NCBI GenBank assembly: GCA_035221665.1 | Contig: CM069134.1 | Span: 91,140,001-91,204,000 of the forward strand | Direction: 5' to 3' | Source of the DNA: Okamejei kenojei | Lineage: Eukaryota | DNA: 64,000 nucleotides | Shown here: one piece after another, positions 1 to 10,973 of the stretch | How positions within the stretch are numbered: position 1 is the first letter of the stretch | Layout: each line of letters starts with the position of its first letter | Made by a program: the position numbers and the translations under genes | Notes under the pieces: generated by a model | Database searches by the model: none | Told to the model about the DNA's origin: nothing | The model's input: the letters and a program-made list of their open reading frames with translations, nothing else

Positions 1-941
1 TGTCTAGCATTCCACTGTTTGAAATTGTAATGCTGTTTAATGTAACATAGACACTGATAAGGGATCACAAGGAACCCACCTCTTAAACACTCTGTTATGC
101 TTACGCTGCTAATTTAGACTTTGGAGCAGCAATTATTATGTAGGACTGTAGAGCACAAATGATTATGTAGGACTTTAGATATGCAAATACCTGCATTAGG
201 TGCAGTGTATAATTCATTAGAAAGCTGATGAAAACATTCCTGGGGCTGAATTTCCATGTATGCTAGCTTTTGTAGACCTGTTTGGGATGTACCTTTTAAG
301 CCTCTGCATTGAATCATCCAGTAATGATTTCTAAATCAAATGTTTGCAAAGATTTGACTGATGATTTTGCAGATGTTTTTCAAGTGAACTTTATAAACTT
401 ATCATGTTGAAGAATGGAATATTTTTTTCAGCCTACTAACACAGACCAGCGATAGGAAAGTTTATATGTGGACACACCTCCATCTAAATTGCCTCAGAAA
501 TGGGACATTGCTTGCTCCCTGACATTTTGTTTCACAACATTTTGTTTCCAAATCCCATAGATGCTTTGAAATGATGCTACCTTAAAAATGCCAAATTATG
601 ACCGACAACAATTCAGAAATAGATTATTTCAAATCTTTACTATCCCAATAACTTGCAGAAGGAGAAGGTTTTTATCAAACCTCCCTAGCAAGGATTGAAT
701 GCTAGCATCTAAATGGATGGTGAGATCACAAAATCTGATTGAGCCACCTAATCCCTCCTGTTGCCACCTAGTTAAGAACTGAAAAGAACCAACTATGCAC
801 ATTTGGTGACATTATAAATATTATAAAAACTTGCATTTCTACAGATAGACCCCTTAAGGTTAAAATATCTGCATTTCTGGGTATCATTCACATCCATTCA
901 GAATGACCAAAAGCAATTTATAGCTGCATAAACAGGTCATT

Positions 942-1122
942 CATAGAAACATAGAAACATAGAAATTAGGTGCAGGAGTAGGCCATTCAGCCCTTCGAGC
1001 CTGCACCGCCATTCAATATGATCATGGCTGATCATCCAACTCAGTATCCCGTACCTGCCTTCTCTCCATACCCTCTGATCCCCCTAGCCACAAGGGCCAC
1101 ATCCAACTCACTCTTAAATATA
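942..1122 (-). mobile_element. CR1 (HER1-like) LINE 3' end
   Basis: (CATAGAAA)n tail plus reverse complement of the 3' UTR seen at 61270-61435. Confidence 0.9.
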
Positions 1123-1126
1123 GCAA

Positions 1127-1746
1127 ACATTCGGCCCGTAGCATCCATGCTGACCATCAAACACCCATCTACACACATCCCATATTTCCCTTTCCCATGA
1201 ACGGCAATTCCAATCAATGATTCTCCTGAAGCTTGTGTACACTATAGCGTTTACTAAAAACTAACGTCCAGGCTCAGAAACAGCTTCTTCCCTACAGCCA
1301 TCAGGCTATTAAACAGTACAACTTCAAATAAACTCTGAACTACAATAGACTTATTATTATTGCACTACAATATTTGTTTTTTGAGTATGTGTGAGTATTT
1401 GTGTAAATACACACTGAACTTTTTTTTCTCTCGTTTATCATATTGTTTACAGTGTACTGTGTTTACATAGTCTGTTGTGCTGCAGCAAGTAAGAATTTAA
1501 TTGTTCTATGTGGGACATATGACAATAAAACACTCTTGACTCTCTCTTGATTCTTGACACTATGGCCAATTTTTACGGAAGCTAATTTACCGGCATATTT
1601 TGTGAGAGGAAATCAGAGCATCTGGAGGAAATCCATTGCAGTCACAGGAAAGTATTCAAATTGCACGTAGACAGCACTGGAGGTCATGATCAAACCCAGG
1701 TCACCGGAGGTGTGGGGCAACAAATTAACAGCTATGCCATTGTGCA
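1127..1746 (-). mobile_element. HE1-like V-SINE, interrupted by a Rex/Babar fragment
   Basis: tRNA-like head and V-domain at ~1600-1746, tail at 1127-1200; similar to copies at 4105 and 42030. Confidence 0.65.
1262..1558 (+). mobile_element. Rex1/Babar-type LINE 3' fragment
   Basis: Encodes TSRLRNSFFPTAIRLLN (typical C-terminus), then TGACAATAAA and a (TCTTGAC)-like tail. Confidence 0.75.
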
Positions 1747-2251
1747 TCCCCATGCAGTGGTCAATTTCACAAGCTTCCACAAAGAGCTAAGTCACAACGT
1801 GCAGGTTTTATGTTGGAATGATATTGAATGAGGTGTAAATACTGAACCAGGATATGGTAAAAGCTCTGCTTCCCTGCTTTGTAGTGGCCAAGTATCGGCT
1901 TAAGGGCCCATGGATTGGCAGCCACACTGAAAGTTGATATCTCCGACAGTCTTCTTCTTATCGAGTCCACACACAAGATTAGAAGTTCTTCAGCCAGAGC
2001 TGAACATACTTCTCAGCATTTGCATACAATGGTGTCTGTCTTGCGCTTCTTGTGCTTGGTGGTGGAAAGATTGGTGGAAACAACGCTCTTTCCTTGACCC
2101 CCATCTCCAACAGTGCACCACATTCACAGCATTACATGTAATTTGTGCTCGTTTTCTAGAGTAGGACCTAAGCTAGCAACAGTCTGGTTCAGAACCGAGA
2201 GTGCTTGCTGAGTGCCAGCCCTAAGCCAGCAGTTTGGGAATGCAAACTACT

Positions 2252-2430
2252 GATGTTTTCAAGAGAGAGTTAGTTATAGCACTTAGGGTTAACGGGATCA
2301 AGAGATATGGGGAAAAAACAGGAACGGAGTACTGATTTTTGATGATCAGTCATGATCATATTGAAAGGCGGTGCTGTCTCAGAGGGCCGAACTGGCCTTC
2401 TCCCGCACCTATTTTCTATGTTCTATGTTT
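2252..2430 (+). mobile_element. CR1 (HER1-like) LINE 3' end
   Basis: 3' UTR ...ATGATCATATTGAA...GGGCCGAA... and (TTCTATG) tail. Confidence 0.88.
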
Positions 2431-3096
2431 ATACTCCAGATACTTAAACACACATCTTATCATTAAATACTACACTTAGAAATACTATCTTTGAGGCCCT
2501 TTGTATCTATCTCAGGCATATGTTTGTGGAAAAGTCCATGGCTTCAATTGATGGTAGACCTAGGATATTTTCCAAACGGGAATTTATTTCTCAACCAGAT
2601 TCACCTGAGAAATACATTGTCTATTCATTTTTCTGCTTGCAAATTGGTGGCTTCACTTGCTTACATTACAATAGTATCTACGCTTCAGTAAAATATTTGA
2701 TTGGTTGTTGACTGATATTTTGACATAGAATGATTAACAATCCAATTTAATTGCTGATTATTTATTTGCAAGGATCTCCTAAATCTACTTCACCGAGATG
2801 CCATCGCAACAAACAAAAAAGCTGAGACTACAAAGACTACAAGGGAAAAAAATCTTGAAAAAAGGAAAATAATAAACTTACTCAAGTAAATTGAATTTCT
2901 TTTGTGATTGCCAGAGAATGTGCATTTATTTGACAAAGGATTAATGTCTGTATAGATTGCTGCAATGTAATTCAAAGAATGGGAGATTTCCCAATAGTTG
3001 TATAAGTTGCAACAGAGATTTTAAATTTACATCTTGCAGGAATTGTAGTGTCATTAATCTGGACTGCCAGATGCACGGTAACACAGTGCAATAGGA

Positions 3097-3742
3097 ATTT
3101 AAATTATGTCCTTTATAACAAGAGGAATCAATATAGGAGCAACAAGGTCCTTCTGCAGTTGTACAGAGCCCTATTGAGACCACACCTGGAGTATTGTGTG
3201 CAGTTTTGGTCCTCTAATTTGAGGAAGGACATTCTTGCTATTGAGGGAGTGCAGTGTAAGTTAACAAGGTTAATTCCCGGGATGGCGGGACTGTCATATG
3301 CTGAGAGAATGGAGCAGCTGGGCTTGCAAACTCTTGAGTTTAGAAGGATGAGAGGATATCTCATTGAAACATATAAGATTGTTAAGGGTTTGGACATGCT
3401 AGAGGCAGAAAACATGTTCCCAATGTTGGGGGAGTCCAGAACCAGGGGCCACAGATTAAGAATAAGGAGTAAGCCATTTAGAAGGGAGACGAGGAAACAC
3501 TTTTTCTCACAGAGAGTGGTGAGTCTGTGGAATTTTCCTGCTCAGGTTGGAGGCAGCTTCTCTGGATGTTTTCAAGAGAGAGCTAGATAGGGCTCTTAAA
3601 AATAGCGGAGTCGGGATATGGGGAGAAGGCAGGAACGGGGTACTGATTGGGGTTGATCAGCCATGATCATATTGAATGGCGATGCTGGCTCGAAGGGCCG
3701 AGTGGCCTACAACACCTATTATCTATTGTCTATTGTCTATTG
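3097..3742 (+). mobile_element. 5'-truncated CR1 LINE
   Basis: ORF2 C-terminus (LYRALLRPHLEYCVQFWS...RTRGH...FFSQRVV), 3' UTR and (CTATTGT)n tail. Confidence 0.93.
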
Positions 3743-4049
3743 AAATGAGCACATGAAAGATTTTGTTTATTTCACTGATTTCTGCCGATTTTGATCTTTC
3801 TCCCTGTATAAATGCCGAGGATTCAAAATAATGTTATAATTGACTGCCTAGTTGGTAAGCTGGCATCACCATAAAAAGGGAACACGGTGCTTTTCATAAC
3901 AATTAAATCACTCACTGATGATTTGGCAATGAATTATATTGTATGTTATGTCACTTTTATATTAAACAATATTGTTGTCTTCATTGCATTTAATTATTTT
4001 TCTCCCAATTGGAACTTTCTATGGTAATTGTAGAAAGTACTCTGCAAGA

Positions 4050-4095
<46 letters not shown>

Positions 4096-4104
4096 CCCTG
4101 CCCC

Positions 4105-4400
4105 CGCCTCACAGTTCCAGTGATCTGTATTTGTTCTTAACCTCCAATGCTGTCTGTGTGAAGTTTGTTATTTCTCTGGATGACCAAGTGGGTTTCCTTC
4201 AGATGCAATGAATTTCTCCCATGTTCCAAATTAGTTGGTTGCTGTAAATTGTCGCTTGTGCTGTGGATGAGTGTAGAACCTGGGGGAAGATAATGGGAAT
4301 GAAGGGGAGAATAAAGTTAAGATAGGTGTATGATTATTGTAAATGGGTGTTTGATGGTCAGCGTAGACCATAGAGACTGTTTCCAAGCTCAATGACCCTG
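4105..4400 (+). mobile_element. Degenerate HE1-like V-SINE
   Basis: GCCTCACAG...TGCTGTCTGTGTGAAGTTTG...GTGGGTTTCC core and GGGTGTTTGATGGTCAGC tail. Confidence 0.65.
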
Positions 4401-4461
4401 TGATCTCCAAGAGGCTAGCTTACAAAAACCCTGTGATCTCCAAGAGGCTAGCTTACAAAAA
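4396..4461. repeat. Perfect 33-bp tandem duplication
   Basis: CCCTGTGATCTCCAAGAGGCTAGCTTACAAAAA twice (4396-4428, 4429-4461). Confidence 0.95.
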
Positions 4462-4937
4462 CGATTTGGGTTCAGAATATAATTTAACCACTTTAACAAA
4501 ATCTATTGATCTCAATATTAACTTTCCCTTTTCCAGCGCCTTCATGGTCAGGTTATTTTTCTATGTCTATTAGCCATGATGTTGGTCACTAAGTTAACTG
4601 ATCAGCCAATCATAGACAACAAACTAGGGTGCACAGAGCCCCATTTTTAATGTAATTTAAACATTATTCTGAGAGATAATTAAAAAGAATTTAGTTATAA
4701 AATTAGGAGATGATAAACCATCATAGTTTTTGTTTAAAAATCTTACAAATTTTGAAATATTTACACGAAGGAATTACAATCCACACATGTAAAATTAGTT
4801 GCTTCAAAACAATTAGCTTTTTCAGCAGCAATTATGGTTTCACATGAAATTAAAATTCATTTAGAGCTCATGTAACAGTGTAACATTTTCTGGCCGTTTC
4901 ACAATGGGGCCACTTCATAAATAACTACATTTCATGT

Positions 4938-5815
4938 CACTTCCGGAAGTGGCGGCGCTGCCTGGCAGCTGCGGCTCACCTGCAGTCAGTCTGTTATTTA
5001 TTTTATTTTTGTCTTCTTGTGTCTGTTTTAGTGATTATTTTGGTTTATTAGGCTGTATATGTGTGTGGAGGGTGGGAGAAACAGGGTTTTATTCTCTCCC
5101 TTCGGATGTCCCCCGTCACCGTCTCCGTCTGCGCTGAGGCCCTTATGGCGGAGCTGGCGGCCTTGGAGCTATGGCGGCCTTCCAGCTTCCAGCAGCGGCG
5201 GCACGGCTTTAGAGCTTCAGCGGCGACCTGGCTTCGGGGCTGCGGTGCTCCAGCGGCGACCTGGCTTCGGGGCTGCGGTGCTCCAGTGGCGACCTGGCTT
5301 CGGGCTGCGTTGCTCCAGCGGCGACCTGGCTTCGGGGCTGCGGTGCTCCAGCGGCGACCTGGCTTTCGGGGCTGCGGTGCTCCAGCGGTGACCTGGCTTC
5401 GAGGCTGCGGTGCACCAGCGGCGACCTGGCTTCGGGGCTGCGGTGCCCCAGCGACGTTCCAGCGGCGACCTGGCTTTGGAGCATGCTCCAGCGTTCCAGC
5501 GGCAGGCCCTGTAGCGGTGTTCCGGCATTCAGGCGACGGCGGTGGTGGCAGCCTGGCTTCGGAGGCTCGACCGGGGGCCTGGTGGACGGCAGCATCGGAG
5601 GCCTGGATCTCCTCAGTGCAGAGGGAGAACAAGGAGGGAAGAAGACAGAGACTATAAGACTTTTGCCTTCCACCACAGTGAGGAGGTGCCTGGTGAACTC
5701 ACTGTGGTGGATGTTAAATATGTGTTTATTGTGTGTTTTGTAGTTTTATTATATGTCATGACTAACGAAATTTCGTTCAGGCCGAAAGATCTGAATGACA
5801 ATAAAGGATAATCTA
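4938..5815 (+). mobile_element. Non-autonomous GC-rich retroelement with Rex/Babar-like 3' end (copy A)
   Basis: Head GTGGCGGCGC...CCTGCAGTC and tail TTCGTTCA...TGAATGACAATAAAG are shared with copies at 63059-63827 (-) and 37399-37592 (+). Confidence 0.75.
5218..5480. repeat. 33-bp GC-rich minisatellite, about 7.5 copies
   Basis: Unit CAGCGGCGACCTGGCTTCGGGGCTGCGGTGCTC starts at 5218, 5251, 5284, 5316, 5349, 5383, 5416 and 5449. Confidence 0.95.
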
Positions 5816-8489
5816 AATTTCAAACAATTTTCCTTATTTGTGATTGAAAATGCTTCCAGCAACTGTGAAGGGTCAAAGAAATGCAGACAGAAACTTTGGG
5901 ATTTCTGTGTTAAGTTATTCATGCTGGAAATCCTGCAGTTGGCATACATTTCCCAGAGTGAAGTTGGCAAAATCATCACATTTGTTTATGACTGTCACTT
6001 TATTATATGCTTGCCAATATCCAAGTACTCAATTTAATTTGAAAGAATTATAATTTCTAACAGAATTTAGGTCTGTTGTATGGTTGTTTTGAAGTTCCAG
6101 TTGACTGCTATCATTAATAGGACATTCTGTTTGCAACCAACTCACTTGCCATTAATTTTTGATTTATTTTATACTGTGAGAGGCACCATCATCAGTTGAA
6201 AATAGTTACTGTGTTAATAGCGTTGGTGAACTGCAGAATAATGTTTTCAGGCTCTGGAAACCTACTGTACATATTGAATTTGAAGATTGCAAAAGGTGCA
6301 AAAACCTATACAAATTTGGTCTAGGTAGCCTTACGAAGTCACCTGAAGCAAATGCAGTGGCCATGTATGTGAAAGCCCAAATCTTCATCTAATGTTTTAG
6401 TTTAAGATCTGTTTAACTCAATTTCAGACACAATTATAATACATTGCACATTATCAGCCCCATCTTATTATAGCAGACTGTTCCCTCTAATCCCTGGTTC
6501 CAGAAATTCTATTACTTTTGTGCTACTGGAAGCCATTCAGAAACAACCTGAAAGTATTATTGCTACTCTTGCCACTGTAATGTATTCAATTACTACATGA
6601 TAACTTAAATTGTTATTCCTCTTAGAATAACAGTCAACTTAAAAGGAATGTAAATATACTATGTTAAATTCCAGGTTGAAGTTCTGCTGATACTGTTGAC
6701 AATGTTTGACCATTGTTAAACCTGAAGCAGTTCTCAACAGCAATAATGTAACTCTAGGTAGGTGGGCTGCTCTCTCTCTCTCTCTCCAGACTAAGCAACA
6801 CAAAGAACCAGCATTTGTGGGAGGGAATGTAGTGATATTGCCAAGCTACACACAAAAACATTCAGCAACCTCTAGCATTTGCTGTCAATGTAATCCTGTT
6901 CCTGCACAAGAAGCATTTTTGTAGTTTTCATCATACATATTGGAGGGCGGTTGAAGGAGAAGCAAGAGGAAAATGGGATTCATGTAGATGAGTGCTTGAT
7001 GTTCAACGTGGACCAGATAGGCCCGATTCTATGCTGGATTAGATAATGAGCCTAAAATAAAAAGATATTCGGTGAGCTGATGTAACTCCAACAATTTATC
7101 TACTATTTACTCTTTGTTAACATTGCGAAGCCTTGTTGAATGACGAGTAACTGAGCATTCTGAAACATAATGACTATTAAACAATTTCTCAGTCTCTGAA
7201 AAACTATGTCTGTGAGTTGCCATGCCCTTGACAACTTTTCAAAATTCTATCATCATGATCACGATATTTTCACAGCATTTCAGCCTCCACTTTATTCACA
7301 TTTTTAACTTTAATTCTATATTTCACTTCATATTGCACATTATTTAAAAAGTGGTATAATTGAAGCTTTTTACATCCTTATTTGCCGTCTGCGAGTGGAG
7401 AATTGTCATTGGTCGCAGAGCCAGCATGGTAGCTCACTGCTGTTGGATGTCAGGGAATCCCTCTGTAGCCTGTGCCTGAATAGTAATCTCATCAGGAACA
7501 GGGAAATCAATGCTGTCGAGGTGCCTTAATTTTTATGGCCAGGTTTCGTTGACACAGCACTGGGTCAAACTGAGATTAAACAGTGCATAGGGAGTTCATT
7601 GAACCTCCTGGGTCCTGGCCAACTTAAAACACAGTTTATATAAATGCTTTGGGAGGTAGGCCTGGCTTCTCATATGTAATGTATTGCAAATTTACTGCAC
7701 AAAAACAGAGCTCCTTGGCTGTGAGAGTTGAATTTATAGCCAGGCATTATAAATAAAAGGCTGCTGGTTGAAAATTGATACTGTAACTTCTGACATCAGC
7801 AGCTACTGTATAACTAGCCTCGGGGTTTCTGACATCACCAGGTCCTTGTGATTGAGTTACACTGTTTTAATAAATACGAGTTACTTTATCTCTTTGCATT
7901 TTCTGAAAATTATATCCCTATAATCCGTGTAGTCATTGGTTAGATCATATAAATTACATTTCTGTAAATTTCCCTTCTCTGACACTAGATACGTATCATC
8001 CTTTTACACCTATACCAGTACACACACACACTTTCAGTCAATATCTGATATGATGATTAAATTGCTGCAAAGAAAATGGAAATATGTAGGGGGTGGGAGG
8101 GTGGGTTGATAGGGCAGGAAACATACCTATTTGTTGGTGATTAATTATAGGCATGCATTTCAACAAATCTATGTCTGGGGTGCATCAAGACAAGGGTTAG
8201 TGGCAGAAATGTAGCTCATAATTGAAGTTATCTTGTAATAGGATAGGTGTCTTCTAGGTTTGGTTCTTGTAATGAGTGCTGCATTGAATTGACTCTCATT
8301 CACCAATGCTCTTAATTTGAATTTCTTCATTTCTAAGTTAATCTCCATTTGTGTAGACCTTTTGCGTATTTTGGATATTGACGCTCTTCCCTATTCTATG
8401 AACATTTTTTCTTCCAGCGTCTTGGGATGCCCCTTGCAGGTGTTGGAGCATAAAGGATGGGAGGGGACATTGCTGCCCAGTGGACTCTT

Positions 8490-9017
8490 TGCTCTGTCTC
8501 TCACCGATGGATGTTGCATGGTGAGCTGAGGGAAAGATTCAAGATTGTGTTCAAATCTTTCTTGAAGAAATGCAATATCCCTACTAATTCTTAAGAACCT
8601 CTTGCCCAAGGCCACTTAAAGTGTGAAGATGCATTTGAGATTGTTCAGAAACCCAGCACGGGTAGCACAAGGTACACCACCTCACAAACTTTGAACCCAC
8701 CCATTCCATCACCTGCCATGAAGTTAGACAAATGCTGATCTATGTAGAAGCTTAAAAGAGAGTCCTTTCAGACTGAAGGAGGGTCTTGACCAGAAACGTC
8801 ACCTATTTATTTTCTTCAGAGATGCTGCCTGGCCCGCTGAGTTACTTCAGCATTTTGTGTCTATCTTTGGTGTAAATCAGCATCTGCAGTTCCTTACTAT
8901 ACATTTTGCCATCACTTACCACATCAGTGGAAGAGACTGCAGTTCCCACAGTATCCTTATTATCCACAGAACTTGATTTCCAACAGACTTCTTCAATCCC
9001 AAAGGGCACCCTAAAAG
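8490..9017 (+). mobile_element. Degenerate RTE-clade LINE 3' fragment, interrupted at ~8760-8905
   Basis: Frameshifted GEL...RFK...LKKCNIPT-like C-terminal motif and a decayed Cys/His-finger and tail region. Confidence 0.5.
8760..8905 (+). mobile_element. Penelope-type terminal repeat with degenerate hammerhead core
   Basis: CTGAAGGAGGGTCTTGACCAGAAACGTC followed by AGAGATGCTGCCTGGCCCGCTGAGTTAC...CAGCATCTGCAGTTCCT. Confidence 0.65.
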
Positions 9018-10772
9018 GGGTGGGTATTTTTCTACATTGTTATTGAGTTGATGTTCTTGTGCTCAGACTGAAATCTTATGGTTACGCTTATGTTGATCTC
9101 CATGTGGACTTCATGGGACTGCATTGGAAACAGTTTGTCATACCAGCACAACAACGCATACACTGTAAAAAACGACACATCCTCTTACTGGGTACATGTC
9201 ACACCTGTACAGTCCTTGCCTTTTGGTACAGCTAGCAGCTTCACTGTCTCGGGGTTAAACTAGTGGGGGCGATGTCGGGTTCCGTTCCATAAGGTAAGAC
9301 TCCGAAATTTCCAGGCGTTCTGACAATGTTTGTTTGCCTCTTTCAGGGCTCTGCGGGATTAACGACTTGGTAGCCGATTCGGTTCCATTACTGGCGTATC
9401 AAGGTAGCTCATTTGACTAACTTCGGATACTTAAAATCACGAAGTTGACCATTAAAGCAAGAAGAGGAACGGAGAGCCGGTCTCGAGTTTTCACACTGCG
9501 TTCATCCGCTGTATATTTTGCATTGGATTCCAATGTATTAAATGTTCCCTAAAATGTACTCATACACGAAGTTCTGATTGTCAGCATGTTCAGTAATTGT
9601 GTGCTCTCCACACTGCAGCGATGAATTCACTGCCAAAAAAAAAAAAAATTACTTGCTACATGGATCGTGAAATGTTCTGTGTATGTCTGAGGACGTTATC
9701 GACTGGAAACCGACATTTCATCTTTTGGAATGGTTTTCGCTGCACCGTGCCTTCCCGCGGCCCAAAACGTAGCAGAACTCAAAATAAAATTGACGCGTCC
9801 TTTTTTGCCTGTCAGTCCCAGCGTCCTCGCCGAAGAAACCGAATCTTATTTTTTTTCCCTCTCAGAAAGAGCCCCCCTCCCTGGACTGTCGACTGATGAA
9901 TGTCGCTTTCTTCAGACGCTTCGTGTACATTTTTACAAGCGGCAACAGCTGTAAGTGCTTTCCATTGGGGCAGATGTATGGCAGAATGGGGCGGAAGGAC
10001 TCGTCAATCTCGGGGACATTTTTGATGTGGAATCTCCTCCATCCCCCATCCTCCCACCTCCACGCACAGCACCTAACAGGATCAATCTTCCCCAGAAGAC
10101 TTCATGCTAATAGATTATTTGTCTGCCGCCTCCATTGCACCTTTACGCGGTATGCTCGCCTACATGTAAACGTGCACCTGTGATCAAAAGCCAAGGTGAC
10201 TACCAACACATGCATTGAAAGGCACAGTCGGTATTGTACAGAAATGTAACTTGGCAGATTGATGATGAGTACGCGCATATTTGGTTAATGAATTGAGAGG
10301 TGTTTGCACGTTAGACTCATGAGAGATGCTCACTTGCAAAGTACATGCCAACATGCATAGACACATTTAGGTATGTCCCTTCCCGCACAATATGGAATTG
10401 TACTTGTTTTATTTGGGTAAAAAGTCGCTCATACTGCTACCACATAAAATATATCAGAGGGAGCTGTTGCAGAGCTGATGCACATGTAGTGATCCATTGG
10501 TGAAAACAAATATTCACTACATTCGACTACAGTGACTACAGCTATTTTGCTGAAATATATTGAGAATCTACGCGTTGATACACGTTCCGCCATATTAAAC
10601 AGTATTCGACGACGAAGGACCAAATTAACGCGGTGTGAAAATGCATCATTCCAACCTCTACTCCCATCCACCAACAAGATTGGCAAATCTGTTCAATGGG
10701 AAAAGCTTTACAGAAATCACTACACTAATTTTAAATACTTTCTTAATACACACATTAACGTAAATAAAACAA

Positions 10773-10973
10773 AAGACGCGAAGTGCTGGAGTCAGCGGGT
10801 CAGGCAGCATCTCTGGAAAATTTGATAGGCAACTTTTTCTTGTCTGAAGAAGGGTCTCGACCTGAAACGTCGCCTAGCTATATCAGTCAGAGATGCTGCT
10901 TGACCCGCTGAATTACTCCAATACTTTTGGTCTTTTTTTTGTCAACCAGCACCTGCAGTTCCTTGTGTCTACA
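10773..10973 (+). mobile_element. Penelope-type terminal repeat in inverted (hairpin) arrangement with hammerhead core
   Basis: 10773-10833 is an imperfect reverse complement of 10869-10935; core CTGAAGA-A-GGGTC-TC-GACCT-GAAACGTC at 10844-10871. Confidence 0.7.

Noticed and set aside
1600-1746. tRNA-like sequence
   Set aside because: Decayed SINE head, not a foldable tRNA gene; the same applies at 42290-42365.
1875-2110. Possible minus-strand LINE remnant
   Set aside because: Too degenerate to assign by eye.
3972-4211. Poly-proline ORF
   Set aside because: Translation of a ~44-nt poly-C run (4051-4094) whose length may be a sequencing artefact.
5218-5480. Regular ~33-bp repeats resembling a CRISPR array
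   Set aside because: Contiguous tandem units with no unique spacers, no cas genes, and a vertebrate context.
5048-5743. Overlapping 100-200 aa ORFs on both strands
   Set aside because: Produced by the stop-free 33-bp GC-rich minisatellite inside a retroelement; no domain similarity.
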